A stretch of DNA of 37,517 bases from a virus (Duplodnaviria > Caudoviricetes). The number at the start of each line of letters is the position of its first letter. The stretch's first letter is position 1. Below the pieces are notes generated by a model. The model made no database searches. It was not told where the DNA came from and was given only the letters and a program-made list of their open reading frames with translations. Shown in pieces: positions 1-9,185 of the stretch. The stretch spans positions 1 through 37,517 of the IMG/VR virus record IMGVR_UViG_3300020044_003662; one strand, written 5' to 3'. The position numbers and the translations under genes were made by a program.

Positions 1-113
1 GGTGACTCGGGCTTCGATTTTGCCTGTTGGGTTTTCCGTTCCGTTTTGGGCCTCGACTGCTAGTCGGGCCTCGCATACCATTAGGTGTTTCTTTGTCATT
101 GATTACCTCATCG
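1..113 (-). repeat. Exact inverted copy of 2244..2356 at the contig start (probable chimeric end)
   Basis: 1..113 is the reverse complement of 2244..2356; it replaces the upstream part of the terminase gene. Confidence 0.93.
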
Positions 114-709
114 GGTTCGACTTAGCGGCAACACGCGACTTGAACGCCGTGTGTACCCTGAAGCGGTATGGTGAGGACGACTACGAAACAGAGTTCAAGT
201 TTTTCCTACCAGAGGACGGCTACAACCTGATTCCTAAACACTATGCGGACGTGTTCCGAGTTGCCCGTCAGTCCGGGATTCTCCACATAACCCCGGGTAA
301 CGTGATGGATGACCGGGAAATCAGCGACTACATCCTACAACAGGCGGCTATTTACGACATTAAGGAGGTCGGGTACGATGCTTACAACGCATCAAGCCTT
401 GTAGCCCGCTTGAGCGAATCGGGAATGCCTGTTAAGCGTGTCGGTCAAGGTATGTCGGTGTTGAGCAATCCGTCCAAGCACGTTGAGAAACTCATCATGC
501 AACATCAGATCAAACACAACGGCAACCCATTCGTTGGATGGCAACTAGGCAACTGCGAACTGTATGAGGATGTGAACGGAAACATCAAGATTCGTAAGAA
601 TGAGGCTGACAAGGCCGCCAAGGTCGATGGCATAATCGCCCTCATCATTGCGATGCACTGTTCACTTGATAACCCCACACTAAGTGGGTTCGGTTTCAGG
701 GCTTTTTAA
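110..709 (+). CDS. terL: Terminase large subunit, C-terminal nuclease domain (5'-truncated)
   Basis: Motifs IGFDLA..DL, GYDAYNA, VGQG, K-VDGIIALIIA; lies directly before the portal. The first ~36 residues of the ORF-track protein are artefactual. Confidence 0.9.
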   Translation: MGFDLAATRDLNAVCTLKRYGEDDYETEFKFFLPEDGYNLIPKHYADVFRVARQSGILHITPGNVMDDREISDYILQQAAIYDIKEVGYDAYNASSLVARLSESGMPVKRVGQGMSVLSNPSKHVEKLIMQHQIKHNGNPFVGWQLGNCELYEDVNGNIKIRKNEADKAAKVDGIIALIIAMHCSLDNPTLSGFGFRAF

Positions 710-718
710 GGAAATTGT

Positions 719-2125
719 ATGGAACTCAGAGGCATCCCCGATATTTTCAAACGGAAATCGGCGAAACAAGACGAATCCAACACTCTGTATGGACAGACGG
801 CCCTCGGCAACAACGTTGTGTATCAGGGCAACAATAAACGCCCAACCGTCAACACGCAAATCCTTTATGTCACAACATCTAGCACGACTGATGCCGGACG
901 CCCTGTAGACACATCGCTTTTGTCCCGGAACAGCACGGTCATGTCGTGTATCGCCACAAAAGCCCGGGCAATCTCACAGTTGCCTATTCGCATCATGTCA
1001 AAAAACGAAAAAGGCGAATTCGTTGATGCAATCTCAAGTGATTCTGTTGGGCCGCGAGATAAAGCCAAAGCCAAGTCTGTGTTAGCCCTGTTAGAGAATC
1101 CAAATAATTTCCAAAGCCAATATGAGTTTTGGTATCAGTGGATGATGTGGCACGAGATGTTAGGCGAGGCTTTCACCTTGTGGTGGAGAAAAGACCAGAA
1201 AAGCCCAACACAAACGCCATTGGAGATGTTCATTTTAGACAGCACGTTGATTGCCGTCACCATCACCGAAACACGCTACCCGTCATACCGACTTAGCACA
1301 CCCTCATACGGTTTCAGCAAAGACCAACCCTTGGATTACTACCAAGTGATGCACGCTAAAGACGAGGCGTGGCAAGGTTCTGCCGGTTTCAACAAAGGCA
1401 TTTTGGCCGCTGAACTGGTTGGCCTCGACCAAGACATCGACTTGTACGCCAACTATGTGATGCTGAACGGCGCGAAACCTTCCGGGATTTTTGTCACCGA
1501 ACAAGTCATTCCTAACAGCAAATTTGAGGAAATTGCGTCCCGCTTGAAAGAGGCTTGGTCAAGCATGATTGGTAGCCAAAAGACCGACAAGTCTAAGCCC
1601 GGTCAGTCTATGTTGCTAGACCAAGGCATGAAGTATGAACCACTGCGGCCTCTGAACCTACAGGATACGGACCTTGCGAACCTCAAGATGCAGACAATGA
1701 AGCGCATCTGCGGCCTCTACGGTGTGCCATCGGCTATGTTGGGCATCGGTGAGTCTAAGTACAACAACACACAGACGATGTTGGACGAGTTTTACAAAAA
1801 CACAATGTTCCCAATCCTGGTGAACGTCCAACAGAAACTGAAGCAACAGTTGTTCAACGGCTATCCAAACTTGTACGTTCAATTCGACACAAACGATTAC
1901 CTGAAGGGTGCGCCACTCGACCAAATGAACTTTGTGAAGGCCGGTGTTGACGCGGGCATCTTGACGCCTAATGAAGCGCGGGAATACCTCGGCAAGGCCC
2001 GTGTTGAAGGTGCTGACGAGTTGGCTACATCGTTCACAGCGGACAAACCCATCCCGGGAACGTCCCCACAGGACACTGGTGGCGGCGGCGGCAATCAGAC
2101 AAGAAAAGCAAACATTGGAAAATAA
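719..2125 (+). CDS. HK97-family portal protein
   Basis: 468 aa; ISQLP, LLENPN, NGAKPSG, LLDQGMKY, ICGLYGVP, LTPNEAR motifs; follows terL. Confidence 0.93.
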   Translation: MELRGIPDIFKRKSAKQDESNTLYGQTALGNNVVYQGNNKRPTVNTQILYVTTSSTTDAGRPVDTSLLSRNSTVMSCIATKARAISQLPIRIMSKNEKGEFVDAISSDSVGPRDKAKAKSVLALLENPNNFQSQYEFWYQWMMWHEMLGEAFTLWWRKDQKSPTQTPLEMFILDSTLIAVTITETRYPSYRLSTPSYGFSKDQPLDYYQVMHAKDEAWQGSAGFNKGILAAELVGLDQDIDLYANYVMLNGAKPSGIFVTEQVIPNSKFEEIASRLKEAWSSMIGSQKTDKSKPGQSMLLDQGMKYEPLRPLNLQDTDLANLKMQTMKRICGLYGVPSAMLGIGESKYNNTQTMLDEFYKNTMFPILVNVQQKLKQQLFNGYPNLYVQFDTNDYLKGAPLDQMNFVKAGVDAGILTPNEAREYLGKARVEGADELATSFTADKPIPGTSPQDTGGGGGNQTRKANIGK

Positions 2126-2367
2126 TGTCACTGATTTTCAAATCGGTGGTAGCATATTTGGCAACGTACACGCCACATGAGGTCCCGCCTGTTAAACGTG
2201 GGCGGCCTCCAAAGAAAATACATGACATTGACCGAACACCAGTCGATGAGGTAATCAATGACAAAGAAACACCTAATGGTATGCGAGGCCCGACTAGCAG
2301 TCGAGGCCCAAAACGGAACGGAAAACCCAACAGGCAAAATCGAAGCCCGAGTCACCACTTGGGGTAA
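2125..2367 (+). CDS. Small hypothetical protein with an AT-hook-like KRGRPPK motif
   Basis: TAATG coupling to the portal stop; overlaps the protease start by 110 nt. Confidence 0.4.
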   Translation: MSLIFKSVVAYLATYTPHEVPPVKRGRPPKKIHDIDRTPVDEVINDKETPNGMRGPTSSRGPKRNGKPNRQNRSPSHHLG

Positions 2368-3067
2368 GCGTGAAGGGGCAGATGGTCGCCGTTTTTGGTA
2401 TAAACCCGAAGGCTTCATGGATTGGGCCAAAGAATTCCAAGCCGGTGGCAGACCCCTGCCAATGTTTGTAAACCACTCAGCAGATGAGATTCCTGTTGGC
2501 GAATGGACAAGTTTTGAGTTTGATGATGACGGTATGACCGCATCAGGCCGCTTGTACATGAACACGACCAAGGGCCAAGACCTGTATCGTGTTATGAGCG
2601 AGTCGCCCAACATGTTTGGCGGTGTTTCTGTTGGCGCATACGCAAACGAATACTGCTACCTCAAAGAGGACGGCACAGTCTATCCCGCCGGTTCAGGCGA
2701 CTACGACTATTGGGAAAACGGATATTTTCAAATCACAAAAGGCGGCCTAAGTGAGGTGTCTGTCGTGATGTACCCCAACAACAAAGAGGCAGAAATCAGC
2801 AAGTTGGAATGCTTCCGACCTGATGGCTCTGTCGATTTAAGCGTTTTGGAAAAAGCCCTGCGGGATGTAGGTCTGACCAAAAGGGATGCGGTCACGTCCG
2901 TGTCCATTCTCAAGAAGGCTTTGGAACAGCGGGATGTTGCTCCTGAGTCAATTGAAAACTCGGACACACGGAGTGATTCTGCTGTGGAAGTGACCCAAGA
3001 CGAGTTGCTTGTTGCCCTTGAAAGGCGCGAACTGCTCAAAACCCTAGAAACCCGATTGAAAGGTTAA
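2258..3067 (+). CDS. HK97-type prohead maturation protease
   Basis: PMFVNH, PVGEW, GVSVG, LSEVSVVMYPNN motifs; GAGGT RBS; lies between portal and capsid. Confidence 0.9.
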   Translation: MTKKHLMVCEARLAVEAQNGTENPTGKIEARVTTWGKREGADGRRFWYKPEGFMDWAKEFQAGGRPLPMFVNHSADEIPVGEWTSFEFDDDGMTASGRLYMNTTKGQDLYRVMSESPNMFGGVSVGAYANEYCYLKEDGTVYPAGSGDYDYWENGYFQITKGGLSEVSVVMYPNNKEAEISKLECFRPDGSVDLSVLEKALRDVGLTKRDAVTSVSILKKALEQRDVAPESIENSDTRSDSAVEVTQDELLVALERRELLKTLETRLKG

Positions 3068-3069
3068 TC

Positions 3070-4416
3070 ATGAAAGAAGTCATCGAAAAGTTAGACGCTA
3101 TGGACGTCAAGCAAGCGGAAAGCATTGCCGCTATCGAAGCAAAAATCCCTGCGGCTGTTGAGGCTGTCAAGGCTGAGTTTTCTGAGTTGGTCGCCAACTT
3201 GGAAGCCAAAGTTGCCGCTGTGCAAGTCCCTGCTATCCACAAAGAAAAAGCCAAGTCTGTTCGCTCTGACGTAAACCGTCACGTGCGTGAGCAGTTGAAA
3301 CAAATGGTTGACGGCAAGTCTTCATTCGAGAAACAACTGCAAATTTTTGCTGACGAATCTCAGATGCAAGCGTACCTGTCTGAAGCCTCTGCCCTGACAG
3401 GCGGCGGTGACGGCAAGGGCGGTCGTACAGCGTATGACCCCGTGTTTGCCGCTTTGCGTTTGGCTAATCCTTTGCGCGGCGTGTCACGCACTGTTGCTAC
3501 TGATGGCTCAAGCTACCAGTTCCGTGTTAAGACAGGCAACGCAGGTGCACAGTGGGGCTATGACATTCAAAACAACGGTACGCCAACAACTGAGAACACC
3601 AGTATTTGGCAAATCGTGTTGAAGGACATCAACGTTCAATTCCCAATCCGTACAGCGGCTTTGGACGACATTGATGGTTTGGAAGCAAACGTTGTTGACG
3701 ACATGTTGGCTGAATTCGCACAGAGTGAAGCCCTCTCCATGATTCAAAATAACGACCAGACCGGCACAGGCTCTACATCAGCCTATGGTGGCGCGGACGG
3801 ATTGCGAGGCCTCGACCAATATCCCGGTGCTAACAGTTCATACGCCGGTGGTACAACGTCAACAGCCGCATTCGGTTCCTCTGGTACTGGCTCAACAAGC
3901 GGCTTGCACAGCCTTGCCACATACGACCAGTTGACAACCAACGCGAACACCGTTGGCGCAAACAACATTACCTACAATGACGTAATCAATTTCATCTACG
4001 CATTACCTCAGCAGTACTGGACCGACAGCGCAAAGTTTGTCATCAGCCCAATCCTGTTGAATGCAATCCGTGCATTGAAAGATGACAACGGCGCACCTAT
4101 CTTCAATCGTAATGAAGGTTTGTCTGTTGACGGTATCGTTGGCAACCTGTTGGGCTTTGATGTTGTTGTTAACAAATACGTTGACACTCCCTCACAGACC
4201 ACTACTGGTACAGCCGGTACAAACAGCTTGTACCCAATGTACTTCGCTGACTGGTCACGTTTCCACACAATCATTGATCGTTTGAACATGGTTATGCGCA
4301 GATACGACCAGACACTCCCCGGCTACATAACTTTCTTCGGGGAAAAACGTTTGGCAACGAGCGTGCGTGATCCTAATGCAGGTGTCCGCTATCGTTCAAC
4401 AGCCACTGCGACCTAA
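3070..4416 (+). CDS. Major capsid protein 1 (HK97 fold, ~105 aa helical N-terminal delta domain)
   Basis: 448 aa; ANPLR, LKDDNGAPIF, LLGFDVVVN, YFADWS, GYITFFGEKR; AAGG RBS. Confidence 0.92.
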   Translation: MKEVIEKLDAMDVKQAESIAAIEAKIPAAVEAVKAEFSELVANLEAKVAAVQVPAIHKEKAKSVRSDVNRHVREQLKQMVDGKSSFEKQLQIFADESQMQAYLSEASALTGGGDGKGGRTAYDPVFAALRLANPLRGVSRTVATDGSSYQFRVKTGNAGAQWGYDIQNNGTPTTENTSIWQIVLKDINVQFPIRTAALDDIDGLEANVVDDMLAEFAQSEALSMIQNNDQTGTGSTSAYGGADGLRGLDQYPGANSSYAGGTTSTAAFGSSGTGSTSGLHSLATYDQLTTNANTVGANNITYNDVINFIYALPQQYWTDSAKFVISPILLNAIRALKDDNGAPIFNRNEGLSVDGIVGNLLGFDVVVNKYVDTPSQTTTGTAGTNSLYPMYFADWSRFHTIIDRLNMVMRRYDQTLPGYITFFGEKRLATSVRDPNAGVRYRSTATAT

Positions 4417-4428
4417 TTGCAGTGCCAT

Positions 4429-4457
4429 TGGTGGGGGCTTCGGCCCTCACCTTTTTT
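4429..4457 (+). terminator. Intrinsic terminator between the two capsid genes
   Basis: GGTGGGGGC-TTCG-GCCCTCACC stem with a cUUCGg loop, followed by TTTTTT. Confidence 0.8.
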
Positions 4458-4480
4458 GCTTCATCTTCACGGGAATGACC

Positions 4481-5497
4481 ATGACAAAAACCGAACAAAT
4501 CCTGAATGCCATCAAAACGGCAATTACCGAAAATCGTCCTGTCACAATCGACTTGAAAGAGGCCAGTGGCATCACTGGTTCAGGTTCCGGTGTCGGCGGT
4601 CGCACCGTGTTTGATGATGCGTTCGCGGCCCTGCGCTATGCCAATCCTTTGCGTCAAGGTGCACGCGAAATTTCCGTTGCAGGGTCTGATGCACAGTTTG
4701 TCGCAAAAACCGGTAACGCCGCAAATTCGACAAATCCTTGGGGCTACACTTTCACGCCCAACTCAGGCTCACCAAATATCAACACAAGCATTTGGCAGTT
4801 GCCAGTGCGTGTGTTAACGGCTCAGTTGCCCGTCCGTTCTGCCGTGTTGTCAGACGTGAACGGCCTTGAAGCCACAATCGCTGAAGACCTTGCACTTGAG
4901 TTCTCACAGCTTGAAGCAACCTCTATGGTTCAAAACAACGACCAAAGCGGAACTACAACAACCTCTACCGGTGGTACAGATGGCTTACGTGGCCTTGATA
5001 GTTACACATCCGGTGCTACAAGCGCGTTTGGCACTTCTGGCACGGGCATTACAAACGGTATTCACACGATTGCTACAGTGTCCTTGGGCGGCACTGCTGT
5101 CACCTACAACAAGATGACAAACATGGCTAATGCGTTGCCATCACAATACTGGGCAATGCCCGGTACTGCTTGGCACATCAGCCCCACAATGATTCAAACC
5201 TTGCGCCAGTTGAAAGACACAGCGGGCTTGCCATTGTTCTTGGAGTTGGGCGAAAAAGACGGCGCGGCTATCGGTCACGTGTTCGGTTTCCCTGTAATCC
5301 CAAACCCGTACCTGACAGACGCATTTCCAGTCTACCTTGCTAACTGGCCTCGATTCCTCACCATCGGTGATACAGAGATGATGACAATTCAAGGTTTTGA
5401 CCAGACACAACCCGGTTTTGTGACAATGTTCGCTGAGATGCGTATGGTAAGTACTGTGCGCGACCCGTTCGCCGGTGTGCGTATGTCTGCCGCCTAA
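4481..5497 (+). CDS. Second capsid protein paralog (HK97 fold, short ~27 aa leader)
   Basis: Colinear with MCP1: GGRT, FAALR.ANPLR, KTGNA, NTSIWQ, QNNDQ, DGLRGLD, DQT.PG, VRDP.AGVR. Start chosen at the ATG after GGGAA. Confidence 0.88.
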   Translation: MTKTEQILNAIKTAITENRPVTIDLKEASGITGSGSGVGGRTVFDDAFAALRYANPLRQGAREISVAGSDAQFVAKTGNAANSTNPWGYTFTPNSGSPNINTSIWQLPVRVLTAQLPVRSAVLSDVNGLEATIAEDLALEFSQLEATSMVQNNDQSGTTTTSTGGTDGLRGLDSYTSGATSAFGTSGTGITNGIHTIATVSLGGTAVTYNKMTNMANALPSQYWAMPGTAWHISPTMIQTLRQLKDTAGLPLFLELGEKDGAAIGHVFGFPVIPNPYLTDAFPVYLANWPRFLTIGDTEMMTIQGFDQTQPGFVTMFAEMRMVSTVRDPFAGVRMSAA

Positions 5498-5508
5498 CAG
5501 GAGGCTAA

Positions 5509-6177
5509 ATGGCAAATGAACAAGTCGGATATTTGAACTACGGTGCGCCAACACGCAACCCGTTCAACTACGAAAAATTCCAACAGATTAGTCGTGATAC
5601 TGTCACGGCTTGGTTGACCCTTGACGAGATCACTCAACAAATCAACTTGTTTGATGACGAGAGTCAGGATTCATACCTTTCATCTTTGGAAGTCGCTGTT
5701 AGGTTCGCCATTGAGGACTTTTTGGGAATGTCAATTTTCCCAACATCGTATCGAGTTTGGTACAACGCCGCGAGTCTGTATGGAACGCCGTTGACACTCG
5801 ACTTGCCCGCTGTTAGTCAAGATTTTGACCCATCACAATCAGGCGTGACAGTCGATGCGGTGAAGTATTGGACCGATGACAACCCGCCAACACTGGTGAC
5901 TGTCGCAAGGGACCAATACTACTATGACCCGTCCGGCAACAAGGTCGTGTTAGCAAGTCTGCCTAGCAACTTGAACAACTCGATGACTTCGCCTGTGTTT
6001 TGTGAGTACACGACAGCGGCAAATCCTTTGTCCAACTACCCCGTTATCAAGCAAGCGGGCCTGTTGTTGTTCACACATTTGTACAACAACCGAAGCAACA
6101 CGACAGAAGTACAGTTGAAAAACATTCCTTTTGGCGTGGAAGTCCTGTTGCGCCCATACAAGCCTTTGGTGATGTAA
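5509..6177 (+). CDS. Head-tail connector (HK97 gp6-like)
   Basis: C-terminal IKQAGLLLFTHLYNNR...IPFGVEVLLRPY; GGAGG RBS; synteny. Confidence 0.85.
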   Translation: MANEQVGYLNYGAPTRNPFNYEKFQQISRDTVTAWLTLDEITQQINLFDDESQDSYLSSLEVAVRFAIEDFLGMSIFPTSYRVWYNAASLYGTPLTLDLPAVSQDFDPSQSGVTVDAVKYWTDDNPPTLVTVARDQYYYDPSGNKVVLASLPSNLNNSMTSPVFCEYTTAANPLSNYPVIKQAGLLLFTHLYNNRSNTTEVQLKNIPFGVEVLLRPYKPLVM

Positions 6178-6522
6178 ATGTCAATCAAACGGTACGAAAA
6201 CATTACGATCAACAAACTCACGTTTGAAAAAAACGGGTTTGGCGAACAAGACACAACACAAACAAAATGGTTTGTGACACGTGGTGTTGTGGGTGATGTT
6301 GCGAACAGTTTGAAAATCAGCGAGAAATACCGGTTGTATCAGGACATGGTTAATTTCACGTTAAATTACACACCCAACATGAAGACTATCGTTGACAGTC
6401 AAAATCTCTACTCAATCACTTGGCGAGGTCACGACTGGCGCATTACGGATGCCCGTGAGGGTAATGACCGTATGTCAGTGAAATTCCTTTGCTACAGAAC
6501 AGACCCTGTGACGGCGGTGTAA
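6178..6522 (+). CDS. Head-closure / head-tail adaptor protein
   Basis: 114 aa; NGFGE and ITWRGHDWRI patterns; synteny. Confidence 0.7.
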   Translation: MSIKRYENITINKLTFEKNGFGEQDTTQTKWFVTRGVVGDVANSLKISEKYRLYQDMVNFTLNYTPNMKTIVDSQNLYSITWRGHDWRITDAREGNDRMSVKFLCYRTDPVTAV

Positions 6523-6938
6523 TGGCACAACTCAATCCAATCATTGTTGGCGAGGCCTTTCAATACCAACTGCAAAGCATTGTGGGTTCAATCCCTGTGT
6601 ATGCCGTTTTCAACAGAAATTTTGCAACAGAACCCGAGTTTGTGACATGGCAGATGCGAAACTTTCATCAGCCTGTCTACACGGGTCAAGACAAAAACAA
6701 CACCGGCATCAACACGCCGACATTCCAAATCTCTGTCTTCACTCAGCGGATTGATAGAGGTTTCACAATTTCAAATGAAATACTACAATCATTACACGGG
6801 TACAGTGGTCAGTTTGGGAGTTCCCAAGATGGCTTCTACCTGTCTAAGGCTGATGTAAATTGGCTGTATGACGGGTACGACAACGAGGAAAACTTGGCTC
6901 AGGTTTTCATGGATTGCACGTTGTACCTCCAAACCTGA
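6522..6938 (+). CDS. Tail completion / terminator protein
   Basis: TAATG-coupled start; FQISVF...ILQSLHGYSG; sits before the tail tube gene. Confidence 0.65.
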   Translation: MAQLNPIIVGEAFQYQLQSIVGSIPVYAVFNRNFATEPEFVTWQMRNFHQPVYTGQDKNNTGINTPTFQISVFTQRIDRGFTISNEILQSLHGYSGQFGSSQDGFYLSKADVNWLYDGYDNEENLAQVFMDCTLYLQT

Positions 6939-6979
6939 CAAGACAAGATTGCTCAACAAACTTTTCAAAGGAAACCATC

Positions 6980-7504
6980 ATGGCTCTAATCAATCAAGTC
7001 CTACCCGGTTATGTAGCAACCCTGTGGTGTCAGACTGGCGCAACGCCAACACCCCTGACAGACGCTCAGTTGTCAACATGGACTGGTCAAGTCGCAGACA
7101 TCATCGGCACTGCCGCCGGTGGTACTGGTACAGACGGCATTCTCGTGCCTGTGGAGGTGATTCCTCCATTCGGTGCTGACGATGCTGTTGCCGCTTACTC
7201 AGTGGCGGGTGCACGTACTGGCGCGAAAATCACAACGCAGAATCAACCAACTTCAATGTCAATCACTGCGGCTTGGAACCCTGCTAACACGGCTCAGTTG
7301 CTGATTCGTGAAGACGGTTACAGCGGCTCTGTTGTTCGTACATACGTTGTTGCCGTGTATGACGGTACTAACACCGTGGCATACGCATTCAATGCGCGTG
7401 TTGGCGGCATGACATGGGACATGAACACGAATGCTGAAGGCAAATTTAACTTCACTATTCATCCTGTAGGCGGCGAGTCATACGGTTGGTCAAACAACAC
7501 CTGA
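6980..7504 (+). CDS. Major tail (tube) protein
   Basis: AAGGA RBS; 174 aa, Thr/Gly/Ala-rich beta-type sequence; followed by a terminator and the chaperone genes. Confidence 0.75.
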   Translation: MALINQVLPGYVATLWCQTGATPTPLTDAQLSTWTGQVADIIGTAAGGTGTDGILVPVEVIPPFGADDAVAAYSVAGARTGAKITTQNQPTSMSITAAWNPANTAQLLIREDGYSGSVVRTYVVAVYDGTNTVAYAFNARVGGMTWDMNTNAEGKFNFTIHPVGGESYGWSNNT

Positions 7505-7516
7505 TTTTGCCATTTA

Positions 7517-7547
7517 GCCCCTGCCTACAAAGGTGGGGGCATTTTTT
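7517..7547 (+). terminator. Intrinsic terminator after the major tail gene
   Basis: GCCCCTGCCT-ACAA-AGGTGGGGGC stem (2 G-U pairs) followed by ATTTTTT. Confidence 0.7.
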
Positions 7548-7560
7548 AAGATAAAACACT

Positions 7561-7797
7561 ATGGAACCGTTCGAGATAAACAGCCGGGATGACATTCTTG
7601 CCTATGTCGTTGCAGAGGCTGAAAAAGGCAACAAACAGTGGTTTGGGTTCTTGCAACAGAAGATGACAGGCATCAGCCTCGTTCATCAGATTGCGGCCCG
7701 ACACGCAGACAAGTTTACCCCTGACGAAATCGTGGACTACGTGAATCGACTGAACAACTCGATTTTCAACCGCATGATTAAGCCGGGGGCACTATGA
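7561..7797 (+). CDS. Hypothetical protein in the tail module
   Basis: 78 aa ORF, ATGA-coupled to the next gene. Confidence 0.7.
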   Translation: MEPFEINSRDDILAYVVAEAEKGNKQWFGFLQQKMTGISLVHQIAARHADKFTPDEIVDYVNRLNNSIFNRMIKPGAL

Positions 7798-8312
7798 CAT
7801 TTGCATCGAAACTAGGCAACAATTACGAGTCAATCCGGGCCGCATCCCGGTACAAGACCATCAAAATCAATATCAACGACACGCCGTTTGAATTGAAGGT
7901 CCGTATCCCGGTCAAGCGCGAACTGGAAGAAATGACAGCCGAAATTTCAAGCCCTCCCATCGAGTTGGTTGATGCCATCTACGAGGAACTGTCAGCACCC
8001 CTGCTGAAAACCTTGCAAGATGCTGACGAGGGCTTTTTGGCGGCCTTGAATTCCGAGTCCGAAAAAATCAAGGTCACGGACAACGATGTGGTTGTCGAAG
8101 GCAATTCCATCCGTCAGGTTTCACATTTAACGGCAATCTGGCACACGCAGGTGCAACGATATTTTGGGTTGTTGCAGTCAGCTACAGGCGAACCAATAAA
8201 CGAGTCCTACGCAGAAATTGCTGAAGAATTCCCGGAAGCTGTAATCAAGGAAATCATCGAGAAAATTGATTCAGCAATCCGGCCCAACTACAAAGACGCA
8301 AAAAAAAACTGA
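7794..8312 (+). CDS. Tail assembly chaperone (lambda gpG-like)
   Basis: Acidic helical protein ending in the slippery run GCA AAA AAA AAC TGA. Confidence 0.8.
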   Translation: MTFASKLGNNYESIRAASRYKTIKININDTPFELKVRIPVKRELEEMTAEISSPPIELVDAIYEELSAPLLKTLQDADEGFLAALNSESEKIKVTDNDVVVEGNSIRQVSHLTAIWHTQVQRYFGLLQSATGEPINESYAEIAEEFPEAVIKEIIEKIDSAIRPNYKDAKKN

Positions 8313-8677
8313 GGCGGTCATTGCGGGACCAAGTACGGGCCGCAATGATTTTCCAAGGCCACACGGTCCAGTCCGTGGATGAAATTGACGAGGAAACTTT
8401 CTCAATGATATGCGTCATGTATGCGGACGGTGTTGTTGGGGGCAAAGGCGTGTTTGAAGCCCTGACACCCCTGACAACGGCAGTTTTCAACTACATGAGA
8501 AAACCGGAATCACCGGCTTACAAACCCACACAGATTTTCCCTTGGGTCGTAGAATACGAGCAGAACCCGGACCTTGAAAAAGACAAGGTTCAGGATGGTC
8601 TGTTCGGTTTCATGTCACAAGCACCCGGTTTCAGCATGGAGAAATTCAATGGCGGTGATTCAAAGTTACACGGTTGA
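8300..8677 (+). CDS. Tail assembly chaperone frameshift extension (gpGT-like, -1 frame)
   Basis: The -1 frame is open from the A9 run at 8300-8308 (KKKLRRSLRDQV...) and has no convincing start of its own. Confidence 0.78.
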   Translation, partial: KKKLRRSLRDQVRAAMIFQGHTVQSVDEIDEETFSMICVMYADGVVGGKGVFEALTPLTTAVFNYMRKPESPAYKPTQIFPWVVEYEQNPDLEKDKVQDGLFGFMSQAPGFSMEKFNGGDSKLHG

Positions 8678-9185
8678 AGGTTTCCCGGAGTTGTTTGCCG
8701 CGATGGACGGCCTCAAAGAGGAAATCGGCAAGCAAAAAACCGACCGTCTGTGGCGTGAGGCTTTGACGGCGGCTATGCAACCCGTGTTGAAGGCGGCTCA
8801 AGCGGCGGCTCCACAAGACACCGGACAGTTGGCTCAACACATTTACCTCAAGGTCCAACGCCCACAACGCCGTGACAAGACAAGCAAGTATTACGATGGC
8901 GAGGCGTACATGGCGCGGGTTTCTGTCAGCCCCATCCGGGAGGACACAAAGGACCATTTCACGCTTAACAAGCGCGGAAAATTCCAACACGTTTACCGCA
9001 ACAAAAAGCCTGTTGCCGTGTCACAAGAGTTTGGCAATGCACGAGTACAAAGACAACCGTTCATGAGGCTGAGTCTTGAGAACAATGCTAGGTTGGTGAC
9101 AAGTATCCTTGAGGCAAGGTTGCGAAACGTCATTACTGAAGTGGCAAAGGCTAAAAATCGCCGTATAGCGGCGGGAGGAAAATAA
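8649..9185 (+). CDS. HK97 gp10-like tail component
   Basis: VEGF.EL, APQDTGQL, EFG....QPFMR motifs; GGAG RBS before ATG 8649. Confidence 0.82.
   Translation: MAVIQSYTVEGFPELFAAMDGLKEEIGKQKTDRLWREALTAAMQPVLKAAQAAAPQDTGQLAQHIYLKVQRPQRRDKTSKYYDGEAYMARVSVSPIREDTKDHFTLNKRGKFQHVYRNKKPVAVSQEFGNARVQRQPFMRLSLENNARLVTSILEARLRNVITEVAKAKNRRIAAGGK

Noticed and set aside
1-2356. Inverted repeat as an invertible segment or terminal inverted repeat
   Set aside because: No invertase is present, the copy breaks an essential gene, and the two contig ends do not match each other.
4367-4480. N-terminal extension of the second capsid ORF, or a frameshift fusion of MCP1 and MCP2
   Set aside because: The extension runs through the terminator hairpin and has no RBS or clear slippery site; ATG 4481 is the better start. 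A fusion is not strictly excluded.
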